Source: Rozella allomycis CSF55 | Taxonomy: Eukaryota | Direction of reading: 5' to 3' | Length of the DNA: 64,000 nucleotides | NCBI GenBank assembly: GCA_000442015.1 | Contig: KE560565.1 | Span: forward strand, 1-64,000 | Shown here: piece by piece, positions 36,610-49,400 of the stretch | How the letters are laid out: each line of letters starts with the position of its first letter | Numbering within the stretch: the first letter of the stretch is position 1 | Translations under genes and position numbers: made by a program | The notes under the pieces: generated by a model | The model's input: the letters and a program-made list of their open reading frames with translations, nothing else | Told to the model about the DNA's origin: nothing | The model's database searches: none

Positions 36610-39333
36610 ATGGAAAACCACCAAGAAACGTATATTATACCATTTATAGAAGGCACAAATCTATTTTGGATATCTGAATGCATTCTTATGTCATACTCCA
36701 ATGCACATGCCGAAATATTCAATCTGAAAGTAATAGTTTCAAAATTGTTTAATTCCTGGATGATAAAAGAATCATGTTGAATTTTTCTTCATTAATAATA
36801 CAAGTTGATATTTTTAAAGATTTTTTGGTCATTTTGACTGAATTACAATTATACTTCTTAAATCAAGTTGACGGTTCATTGGAATTTGAATACAAACCGT
36901 CTTTTAAAGCTCAGCAGTAAAATAAGGAACTAGAAAAGATAGTATTTATACATCTATGAATCATTTTGTTCTATATAATGGCGAAAAGATATGGCTCTTG
37001 TCAATACCACAGTTTGTTACTACGCTCACAAAGAGTCTTGGTAAATGAGATTTCATTATAAGAAAAGATTTTATAATCAAAGAATTAATTTCATACTTTC
37101 CATTTCTTGTGGCTATTGATAATAATGGGAAGTGTAGGTGTTTCCATGATTCAACAGGATGGACGTTAATTGATGAAAGCTTTGATTCAAAGTTAGTAAA
37201 CTCTGGAAACTGCATTTTTTATGTCCGAAAGAAAAATATGTAAAGTGAATTTCCACTAAACAAAAAAGATTTTGCCAAATGCATCTGGAATCTGGCACAA
37301 AGACAGATATTATCCTGACTAAAAGCATGATTCTAGATTTTCAGGTAGCATCTGACAGGACTGCATTGCAATCCACTGAGGACATATTATTGTTGAACTC
37401 AATCGGTCAAATTATTTGGTCACGGCCAGGTAATGGTGAAAGAATTTGGTTGTTTCCCACATCCATATTTTCTAAGCAAGATAAAAATTTAACTTGCTTT
37501 TATATTCCTGCTGTTGTCGCAGTAATGAAATTGGCTTTTCTCAATAAAGAAATATCGCAATTTGATGGCGGTTTCTCAAAACAACGTTATCACGATTTAC
37601 AATCTACATAATTTCGGGAAGCACCCAAGATTTTTGTTTCAAAAATTAAATTTAAATGGGTTTAAAACGGAAAGATTTATTTTATGTAACCATTCACTAT
37701 ATTTTTCAGACTCTAATGGCATATATCAGCATTACCTGGAAGCAAAGCTTACAAAACCGATAATTGAACATGAGAATATATTCTCCTTTTGCATTTTGTT
37801 AGATTTTGTTTGTTATTGCTCATTTGCTGAAGGAATTTACAAAACTATGGTTAATACCAGGGTGTTAATAATGACGGTTGATCCAATTGAGTTATTTACA
37901 TTTTCGAATTATTTAATTTTATTTAATGGAAAAAGAATGAATTTTTATGATCAAAAAATAAATTTGTTGGCCAGCGTCAACATTTGTCTGCCAGTAAAGT
38001 TCATTAAGAAAATCGGCATTTTGAACTTGTTACCAATGAGTAATCACTTTCATTATCCTGGAAAAAGCAAAATTAGTGCTTTTTTACAATAGGAAAGTCC
38101 ATATTTTGGTTAGTGAAAATGACAAAGGAACAATTGAGAACAAAATTATATCTACGTGTGCTACTTCTATGGAAGTTACAGAGTGTAATTCGATAGTAAT
38201 TATAGAAATGACAAATATCACAGTAATAGGATGGTAATCAATGAATTACTTTAGGTTCACTTTCCTACCGGGGTGTGGACACACATATCTAATTATCCAA
38301 TTGAGCACTTTGACTTTGAATCGGGTATCATTATAGTTTTTGATAATACTTTCAAAGTAAATTAGCTCAAAATAGAATATAGCCAATATTAATATTGCAC
38401 GAGTTGCTCTATTATATTTGTTCGTCAAATATGTTTGAGTTTTATCTAAATAAATATTATAAAGTCCCACATTTTCAAATAGCAATGGAGAAATGCATAA
38501 TTAAATTGGCAGAAAATGACATTGATAAAATTCATACAGTCTTTAAGCATATTGAAAAATTGGATTGCTACTCCGCCATCGTTGCAAATATTTTTAGAAA
38601 ATTGGAAACCAAAAAATGGAATAAAATCATCTCTCTAGCTAAAATTAATACATTACAGTTGTTCACTTCATGTTTGACCGATAATAATCTAGACAATGCG
38701 ACACAGTTCTTAATAGCGCTTTTCCAAGATCATTCTTTTAATGAAGGGCTTCAAGTATTTGGAAATATTCATTGGCAACATGTAGTCTTCCAGAGATCTG
38801 ATAAAACGCTGTTTGGATTCCGAAAATTTTGACCTGGCAAAACGAATTGAAACCTTTATTGACAGATGGGTTAAGTCCAATTCATACGTAATTGATGCTC
38901 AGTTAATAAAAAGGATTTAATATATGAAAAGCATATAATCGAATTGTTGAAACAAGTAATTCCCTAAATTTTTATTTACGTAGCGTAGGCTTAAGCATTT
39001 ATTGATATTTCTTCGACATTTTAAGATTGATTTAAATTTTTTGCTTGAAAAATACTCGTAAGATATTTCGAAAATGCGACACTTAGCTTTTTAAAGTACA
39101 AATTACCCGATTTAGAAAAGGACTTTCGGTCTCTGGGTCTTGGTGATTACGCCTCTGCATTAGATAACCAATTCAAGTCTAAATCATTAAATGATGTATG
39201 CGAAACACAAAATTACCTTGTTTCAGAAAAGAAAAAGTTTTATTCAATGGAAGAGACAAATAATGATGTAATCTTTGAAAGTGAAGTGCGTGAATTGCAC
39301 CTAAAACTGCAAAAATGTGGATGGATAAAATAG
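36610..39333 (+). CDS. RIC1-like protein (Rab6/Ypt6 GEF subunit), divergent, multi-exon
   Basis: Beta-rich N-terminal part, then YSAIVANIFRKLETKKW...LFTSCL..NNLDNATQFL...ENFDLAKRI, resembling the RIC1 domain. Exon structure not fully traced. Confidence 0.6.
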
Positions 39334-39460
39334 ATTTAACTTTTTTACTCTTTTTATTGCCCCATTGTTACATTGTATTCATTTTCTATGATTGTCTATT
39401 TCATATTTAAATCCTGGTACGAGGTACCAGTAACGAGTAAAAATCCTAAAGTACTCTGGA

Positions 39461-40622
39461 ATGGAAAGGGTGTGTATTATTGGCTCTGGAAATTGGTACG
39501 AGATGAATATGAAAATAAAAGGGGTTCAGCTATAGCAAAAATAGTTGGTAACAGCGTTTTAAAGTACCCGCAAGTCTTTCAACCGGTAGTCCCAATGTGG
39601 GTATTTGAAGAGATTGTTGAAGGGAAAAAGTTGACCGATATAATAAATGAAAAGCATGAGAATATTAAGTAATATGGAAAAGTCATTTTAATAGATATCT
39701 TCCAAATATAAAGTTGCCTGGTAATATCGTAGCCGTTCCAGATATTGTCGAAACTGTTAGAAATGCTACAATCTTGATATTTGTTGTTCCTCATCAAGTA
39801 ATATCACAGTGAATTGAATACTCAGTTTGTCAAAAGTACTTGTGATAAGATTAAAAACGTTGTTTCGAGGAATGCTAAAGCAATTTCATTGATTAAGGGG
39901 ATTGATGTGAATGTAGGTGGAGGGATAGTGCTGATATCTGAAGTGATTAAAGACTCACTCAGTGTAGATGTTAGTGTATTAATGGGTGCCAACATTGCAA
40001 ATGAGGTGGCTCAAGAAAAGTTCTGTGAAGCAACGATTGGTATATACAAATTGGTCTCTATTATTTTAGGCTATGCAGATAAAAATAATGCTAATGTGTT
40101 TCAACAATTGTTTCATACGGATTATTTTCGAATTAATGTTGTGAATGATGTTGCAGGGGTTGAATTGTGTGGCGCATTGAAGAACATTGTGGCCACTGCA
40201 GCTGGGTTTGCTGATGGCTTAAGAATGGGGGATAATACGAAAGCGGCTATAATTAGGATTGGACTATTGGAAATGAGAAGATTTTGTAAAATGTTTTACA
40301 AAGGAATTCGCGATGAAACCTTCTTTGAGAGCTGCGGGGTTGCAGATTTGATTACAACATGCGCTGGAGGCAGAAACCGAAGACTTGCAGAGGCTAAAGC
40401 GTTAACAGGCAAGGTAAAATGTATTTGAAAGATTAAAAGAGCTTTGAAGAATTAGAAAGAGAAATGCTGAATGGGCAAAAACTACAAGGGCCAGCAACAT
40501 CTAAGGAAGTTTATGAAGTCCTTAAAGCAAAAAATCAGATTAAAGAATTTCCGTTATTTACTTCAGTTTATCGTATTAGTTATGAAAACATGAAGGTGGA
40601 AGATCTTTTAAAGAATTTGTAA
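39461..40622 (+). CDS. GPD1: NAD-dependent glycerol-3-phosphate dehydrogenase
   Basis: [60 protein letters not shown] and LNGQKLQG. Confidence 0.96.
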
Positions 40623-40706
40623 TAAATCTATTTTCAAAGATTGGAATAAAAGAGATCTTAATCTGCAGTTCAATTTATTTTTCATAACAGATAGAAATTT
40701 AAAAAT

Positions 40707-42124
40707 TTAGGCAGCGTAGAGCATCTTGTCGATGACGGACGGAATTGGCATAATTTCAGTTCCCAACTCTTGTTCAATTTTGTAAAGATTGAATCGATCG
40801 TCAAACGTGATGAGATTCACAGCAAGACCTAAATGACCAAAGCGGCCAGAACGCCCAATTCTATGAAGATAAGTCTCAGAATTCTTGGGGAAATCAAAGT
40901 TTATAACGACATTAACACTTTGGATATCAATGCCTCGGGTAAATAAATCAGTGCAAACTAAATTTCGACAATGCCCACTGCGGAAATCATGAAAGACGCG
41001 ATTTCTTTCAGCTTGTGGCATCCTTGAATGAATATAAAAGCACGAATAGCCAAGCTCAGTTATTTTCTTCGCTAATAATTCAACTCTATTAGCAGAATTG
41101 CAAAATATAATCGACTGATTAATCGCAAGCTTGGAAAACAAAGTATTCAAACAATGCACCTTTTGTCTTTCCTCTACAAACGCATAATATTGTCTATAAC
41201 ACTTTTCATGGCATTTTACGTTATCCCTTTCAATGTCAATTCTTCCATTAAATTAATTTCATACGGTTTAACCAAATATTTTTCCTATTGATATTCAAAA
41301 CATTTTTTACTTTAAATTGTTTCACAGTGACAGGAAATGTGGCTGAGTAGAGCAAAATTTGGCGCGATTTTGGTAAGAAATTTATCAATTGCTCAACAAT
41401 AGGTTGAAATTCAGGCGAAAGTAGTTTATCAGCTTCATCCATCACCACAACGTTGCACTTTGTAAAATCAGCAACATTCTTTTGCGCTAAATCAAGTATT
41501 CTTCCCGGCGTTGCAACACATATGTGAACTATCAAAGTCATTCAGTACTGTATACCAGTATTATTCAATCTCAAAATATCTTCTTTCAAATTTGTTCCTC
41601 CAGTTGACACCATAACTTGCACATTCATATGCTTTCCTAATTGTTTACAAACTTGGGCAGTTTGGAGGGCTAATTCTCTAGTTGGGACAAGTAAAAGCGC
41701 TTGAATCTCGTTCTTTGATACGTTCACCTTTTCTAAAACGGGAATAATGAATGCTGCTGTTTTTCCTGTTCCATTCTTGGCACGCGCTAAAATATCCCTT
41801 CCTGTTAACGCAATAGGAATGGATCTATATATTTCTATATATAAGCTTACTCTTCTTGTATTGGGGAAGGGTGCTCATAACCCATTTCATATATTCCCAT
41901 CAAAAGTTCGCGTTTTAAATAATAGTCTTCAAATTCGTTGCCTTTTGTTGCAGTTACATCCTGAAATTTTGCTGCTTATTTATTTTTACCTATGTTATAT
42001 GACACAAAAACTTACTTCGGTTTTAGGTCTAAGGTCTTTCACAGGGGCTTGGAGTTTAGCTTTCCAATTAGATTCGCTATATTTTTTTGTACTCTAGCTA
42101 TTACTTTTGTACAGAGTTTGACAT
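40707..42124 (-). CDS. DHH1: DEAD-box RNA helicase Dhh1/DDX6
   Basis: [37 protein letters not shown] and [17 protein letters not shown]. Confidence 0.97.
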
Positions 42125-42232
42125 TTTCTTTGGCTGTTACCCTGGTGTAATTTTCTGAATTTTGCGAGTTTAAGGGATGAAAAAAGAAAGGAAAAATGAC
42201 TGAAATACAATTATACGCAATATCAATAAAAT

Positions 42233-44197
42233 TTATTGGACAAATGTTTCACTTTTAAATATACCATTTCTATCTGACAGAGATGAAAAGAGACTATCAC
42301 CCAAAGAATAAAAGTACACAACCCCCCTTTCAGTGGATACACATACAAGGTCGTTATCTATAGACGAATAGTTATAGAATGGATTACCTTCACGAACGTA
42401 TATTCCCGATATCATGTGACCATGATTGCCAATTTCTCTTAATAAAGGATTACCTCTTTTAACATCCCAAACGCATAGCAAACCATCCGCACCACCTGTG
42501 AATAGCAGTCCATTGCTACTCCATTTCACTAGCGTGCCATCTCTTTCCGAAGTTTGTTTCATAGGTCTGGAGAAGAAAAGAACGGGTTTCTTTGAGTATC
42601 TTGTATCAAAAATTTTGAATGAATTAGATTGATCATTTGCAGCAGCCACATATATACCAGAAAAACTTTTCGTATTTACATTGAGATGTTACTCATTATC
42701 CAAGCATTCTACAGAAGGAAATCCGGAATCAATTTCAAAATTCAAAGCGCCATTGGAGTCAAAGGTATAAATTTTTCCTCCATTCGCATCGCCGACATCC
42801 CTTTGCCCAGTACTAACAAAAATATGCCGACCTGTTAATTACAATGCATGAAATTACCAGAAATAGTCTTATCAACTTCAAAGCAATTAAATTTTCCAAG
42901 ATTAGAGTTCTGAAGGGAGAAATACGGCCTTCCTTTTTTCACATCCCATAGTTCGAACTACATTGAAGGCTGCTGTGAATTTTACATAACCATCAGTTTC
43001 TGTAGGGCCTTTAGATTCAAAGAATATCAAAAATTTGTCTCTATTCGCACCTTTCAAAAACGAAACTTGTGGTTCCTGATAATCCTCGCTAAACTCAATC
43101 AATCCTAATATTCTTACTCTCTTCGAGAATTGCCAAGTGATAGCCTGGAAGCCGTACTAAAATAAGAAGCATCAATTTCGTAGGTCCAAAGACAAAGTCT
43201 TCTATTCATTATTTATGATAATGTTGTGTACCCGTCAATGCTCATCGATAAAAGTACACATTCGTCTTCGTGGTTAGATATAGATGTGATTGCCTTTCTG
43301 TGGGATTCGCAAGATCGAAGTTCTCTGATAAAGTTTCCGTTAGACGAATCCCAAGCTTTTATTGTACTATCCATTGCCCCAGTAAAAAACATTCTTCCGT
43401 TTGGAGAGAATACAGAGTTGCAAACGCTTGATCGCATACCTATTCCTTAATGAAAAATATATATACAATTTCCATCAGGATCTACAACGGAGTGCCCATC
43501 AATCACCTTGCAGGATGCTATGTTAAGGCAAACGCCAGATTACCTCGAGACATGTCGAACAGTAGGAGTTCGCCAGGCGTATTATCCTGAATTTGCTTAC
43601 TGGCAACAGCTGTAACAACAAGTCTATTTTTGTAATTTCCTTTGCCGAATTCAATATTGGTTATACAACCGCTAGATTTCGCTGCATTGCCAATCATGGT
43701 TAATGACGACGCGTAAAAGTCTTTTATGTTGACAGAATTTATCTTATTTAATTTTAACTTGATTTTTTACATGTTTATCCAGCTCCAACACAGATCTATA
43801 TTGCTTTGTAGGATGACTTCGCATCAGGGAAACAAGTTCACTATTGGTTTTTGAAAGCTTCACAAGACTACTTGTCATGTAATAAATAGAAGTCAATTTA
43901 CTTCAAGTTATACTCCCTTTTTAAATATTTTTAAATTGTGTACAAATGAGTTCCGTTTGGCAAGGTGCCAACTGCTTGTGAACAATTCATTCCTCTTGCT
44001 TTGAATGTCGTTGTTTGTCTATCTCTATAGAGTATTGATTGATGTATGGCATATAGATCAGTCCAGAGCATTCTTTTTTTCTCCCTCTCAAAAATATCAG
44101 AATCGTTTGATGGTTGGTCCACAGATGTTTCTAAATCAATAATATGCTCCGCATTGTCCTCAAATACAACGGGATAAAAATCTTCAGATGCCTCCAT
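42233..44197 (-). CDS. WD40 protein resembling Raf1/Dos1/Clr8 (DCAF26-like)
   Basis: SSGCITNI, NTPGELLLFD, FFTGAMDSTIKAWD, IFDTRYSKKP, LFTGGADGLLCVWDVKRGNP and GVVYFYSLG. WD40 identity is clear; the subfamily is inferred. Confidence 0.7.
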
Positions 44198-44325
44198 CTT
44201 TAGACAAATCAAAAGCTTGTCGAAAAAATGACAAGTCTGAAATTTTTACGTTAAAACTTTCATTTTACGTTTCCAATGAAAACAAAGAACAATATAGCTT
44301 AAAATGATAAAATATGCAAAATAAT

Positions 44326-46122
44326 TTATTTGATATTATTCTTTTTGAGTAAATTTCTATAATTCTGTTCGTTCTGGAACATTTTTCCCAACTTTTTATA
44401 TTTTACAAATTTGGACGCAAAGTTCAATTTCTTCTTTTTTAATTTTCCTTTATCATACTCTTGATCATACTTGCTTGGAACTTTTCCAATTTTAGAGGCT
44501 TGTTCAACGATTGAATTTTCAACTTTTTCTTCAGGATCCCATTTATCCACGCTTGAACCATAAATAGATTTCGATTTCTTCAATAATTTATTGTTAGAAG
44601 TACTTAATTTTGCAATTTGTTTTGAAATTGTTTTTTGTAACATTTCTTCCTTCACTTTGGAGGGTGCATCCCAGTCCACCGTAAGAGAGTTTTCATTCTG
44701 GTCCACTTTGGTTTTTTTGTTTGGAGGAGTGTCAAAATCATTTTCCTTTCTGATTTTGCTTACTTCTAGAGGCTTAGTCTTATCATTCGATTTTCGATTC
44801 TGTAAAACAGAAAATATTTCAACTGGGGACTTTCCATTATTATTCCAAACTTTTTTATAAAAGAAAATGTACCCATTTTGCTTCAAGACAGTTGAAAGCC
44901 CAACTTGAGAAGTCTATATTGGACGATATGATATTTTACTGAGCTATCGTTCATGCAATACCATAAATTATTAGAGTTTTTAACAAAAGAGTAATAATGT
45001 CCAGAATTACATGAGCTGCCACTATGAACAAGAATCGCATAGAGTTCATAGTGACACTTTTCACCACCCTTGCTCATAAAAGGAGTCAAGTCAAGTTTTT
45101 CCTTAAATTCCACGAATTTAGGAATTTTTTGGCCAGTCATGCTAAACCTTTTTAAATGTAGTGTGAGAACAAGAGGTGCATCAGTTATAGAGAATTTCTT
45201 AGTTGCGTCAACTTTCTTTTGACATCGACTGCAGTGATATTGGTTGGAACCACGTAAAAACTCGGGTTTAACAAACGTCTCTAAGGATTTTATAACAGAA
45301 TTCGAGTGGCGAATATCCAACGACAAGTCCAGAAATGGATCAACAGTGTCAGATGTAGTCTTACATATCGAGCAAGTAATTTGGCTCTGAAGATGCCCAC
45401 CAAACATTTGATAAACAATTGTTGTTTCCTTTAACTTTGCATCTATTTTCCTTTTATCATCAAAAAGTTCTCTTACGGATCAAGACCAAAAAGAGAATTT
45501 TTTTGAAGGGACTCGATAAAGCACCTTAAAAACTCATGGGAATCCTCCTGTCTTCCCAATTTCATCCGTCTAGATATGACTCTTAACCCCTGAACGATTT
45601 TTGTGGGTTCAAGAGCACCTTTTCTTGTCTCTAAACATTTGGAAAAAAGTTTTTCCATTTCACAGAAACTACAAAATCCTACTATTTTACCTAAACTATT
45701 AACAAAGTAACAAATTTACATTCTTTGGAATGCATTCCAGTTCGCAAATAATTACATAAAGGTGCAGTGTATAATAAGCATTGCAAGACAGAGTTAAGAA
45801 AGCAGGTGTTGCCCATATTATGAAGGCCAGGCCCAATCGGCATTGGCTTTGGCCACTTCCAGTTTTCAGATCTTGAAAGAAAATCGGGCGAAAAAAGATA
45901 TATTTTGGTCTTTTTGGCTTTTTCATTGTCTTGGAGATCTTTAGTTTGGGGTTTTCTATAATATCCGTTTACGGCCCCAAACTTTCGTTGGATGTTTTCC
46001 TCCTCTTCATCTCTCCTCCTTGCTTTGACAAATTTAATTTTTTGATCAAAGAGCGAAGTACTAGTCACTAAATTTCCCAAGTTTTCTTCAAGTCTCTTTT
46101 CGGGAGATAAAATTCTTCCCAT
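44326..46122 (-). CDS. Ubiquitin-specific protease, USP36/USP42-like
   Basis: GLHNMGNTCFLNSVLQCL, QEDSHEFLR, LHLKRF, VHSGSSCNSGHYY, WYCMNDS and tail YDQEYDKGKLKK. Confidence 0.92.
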
Positions 46123-46412
46123 AACTAGGGTGGCTTAGGTTTGTTTTTTTCCGAAATTTTTCCAATTATGAATTCGCTGATTTTGAATACTTCATAATTT
46201 TTAAAGTCTGCTTCTTTATAACGGATATTAATTATTAGGTGACAAGGTATGTGACATAATAATTATTAAAATTTGTCAATATAATAAATGCATACCGACG
46301 ATGAATTCTATTTACAATTTATTAATCATCATTTGACTGAACAGTGAACTATTGGATCACTATATCTTTTGGAATTGAATGTTTATACTTTCGTGTTTAC
46401 TGACAAAATTGA

Positions 46413-49400
46413 ATGGATCTAGAGCAACCTGCCTCACCTGGCTCATTAAATAGTTTAATTGTAAGTATAGAGCTACCAAACCAAGTAATACTAAAGACAA
46501 ACATTAGTCCCACTCAAAGGACAAAGGTAGATTTTTGATTATGTTGTCGATAGGACTTGATGTCGTATGTTGTTCGTAAGACAAAAATAGGCTATCCCGA
46601 TATTTTTGGTTTTGAAAAGCCTTTTATAAATCCATCTTTCGGTATGAGGGCCTTAGGTATCATACTGCTGCTTGTTCAAGTAGATCGCATTTTCCTTTGT
46701 GATACGCTCCCTATTCTAGATCAAATTACTTCCAAAAATGCAAAACTAAAGCTTGGAATCAAATTCACTCTGGATGATGTGAAGATGGATTCAATCGACG
46801 ATGTTAGTCAACAATTCCTGTTTTATGACGTAAGAAGATCTAAATTAACATTTTACGTAGTTGTCTTCGCGATATGTCATGATCCCATACTTGCCTAAAA
46901 TTGAATTGGATTTGTTAATTACGTTGTCTTCACTAGTATTTTCATGTAAAGACGCCGCTGAAAATTTCGCGCCTATAGAACACTTTTATCCCTCCGCATA
47001 TATAACTGATAAATTTAAAGAGCAAGAAATAATTAAAAGATTGAGTTCAGAGTCCGAAAAGTTTCGTTCCCGACCGCTAAGAGGTATATTCTAAGTTAAA
47101 GCTCTAGTAGAAAACATTAAAAGCTTTCTGCAACTTCTGAGACAAAAAATACCATTTCTGTTTTATGGAATGTTTGAAGCAACAGTAGATGATTAGTGAA
47201 TGGATGAATAGGTACCAGAATGGGATAATACGATTTGGTTAATGGTGTCAGGAAGCGGAATACGTATTCAAGACCATAACTTTGTATTAAATTAAATTTA
47301 ATTTGAAAGGTGACTCAATATTATGTCCCGCATAAGTCATGCTTTTCTTGGACTTCAAACGAGGAATGTCAGAGTGTTATTCTTGATCCGGACAGAACTT
47401 CAGCGCTTTTTGAAGATAAAAATTTGATTTCGACGACGTCCAACGAATCATTAAATATGACACCAACTCTTTCATCACCTGTTTCCAAGAATGGGACAAT
47501 CAGGAACTTTTTCAAGAAAAAGGTTTCGCCATCTAGCAGAAACCAAGATATCGAAAATAATAGCGAAAAAATTTACAAAACAAAGTTTATTTTAAAAACC
47601 ACAAATCGTCATATCAATGTAAGTTAAAAGCTTGGCGAATTATATTCAGGATCTTGAAATGGACATCCTGTCGACAATTAACAATGGTCAGTTATTATCA
47701 GAGTATATTACGTTTTATCATACACAGCTAACAATTAATAAAGAACAAATTCTTTCATCAGAAAATGATGTAATCGATGACCCCAAGCTTTCAGAATCTG
47801 ACGTTTTTTGCATCGGGAAGTTTGATTACGTAGCAAAAACTGATGAAGAGCTAATGTTTCTCAAAGGAGAAAGAATTCTCGTCATTGAAAAATTGGGCAA
47901 CGGATTTTATCTTGGAGAATGCAAAGGTATTCAAGGAGTATTTCGTGGAAACTGTGTGCAATTTGAGAAAATTGAAAAGAAACAAGTACATGCAATATCA
48001 AAAGTTGGTGGTAATAGCAATCCTATAAATCAACCGAGCAAAAATCACTGTGAACTCTGGAGGAGAAATTTTGATGATAAATCTTTTAGACCAAAGTCGA
48101 ACAACAGTATTGGTAACACCCAAGACTACTGGAAGGGTAAAAGTTCAAAAGAAACCTTAAAAGGGTTTAGTGAACATGATTGTAGAGAAAATTGGGCTAC
48201 AGGATTCTGATTTTTTTGACGTCGCGGATGAAACAGAAATTCCTAGTATGTGCATTTGTTCTAACGAACTAAGATAGATGGCTTCATCCAAATATCCCTG
48301 TTTTGCAACAAGGTGTATATCAGTCATCTAGACTAATTTTTAAATTGCGTATTGTGGCGGTTCCAATTGAAAGTATCATTGATCATAAAGCAATTCATTT
48401 GTATTTTGCTCAAGTATTCTGATGATACATAAATTTCAGGTTAAATTAATGATTTTGGACAGCTTGCTACCAATAGAGGAAAATGAAGCCATTGAGCTAG
48501 CAGGACTATTGCTTCAAGCTACGTTAGGGGACTATGATCCAGAAAAACATAAACAGGGGTTTATTGAAAACCTTTCAGATTACTTACCAAAGACGTTTCT
48601 CAATAAGGTCTCCTACACAAGGAACGAAAGCTGGTGGAAGAAGAAATTATTTTCACATCATCAGAAACAACAAGGAATGTCAACGATTGATGCCGAAAAA
48701 AATTATGTTCAACTAGCCCAATCCCTAACATCTTATGGCCTTACATTGTATCCTAACGTAACAACAAGATATTATCCAAAAAGGCTTTGGAAACAATTAA
48801 TTTAGGCTTGTCAAAAGATTATATTTGGCTTATTGAAAAGGAGTCCAATGTGAGTCATTCGTTGCCCCTTGATGATTCAAGTTGGTTCCAGAATGGGTTT
48901 ACATTGCGGTTTACTAGAAATGAAAAAGTAATTTGAACAAGCATAAATCTTTAAAGACAATTAAATATTTTTCCCTGAAAACATTCACATTTATGGACGA
49001 TTATTGGTTTCTCGATGAAGGGCTGAAAATAATAGAGTCTCGGGGACTTTGCAAAAAGGTTAGGAAAAATATGGCACTCCTGAATATCAATATTTCTCCC
49101 ATTTATATAGAAGGTTAGAATTTTAGCTATCTGAAATACTTAGCCAATAATATTCCACAATCTGACCCAGAGAACCTATATTTTTGTTTAAAGGATGGTT
49201 CTTTACTTTGCTCCATAGCTGATGCCATTTCAAAGTCTTCCATAGAATTAAATCATATTAATGATTCATCAACACAGGCTTCTATTGAGAGAATTGATAT
49301 GTTTCTTTGTTTCTGTAGACAATTTTTGAAACTGCAAGAGAAGGAACTTTTTCTTGCTGAAGAATTGCTAAGCTTTGAAGCGAAGAAGTTTTTAAGAGTT

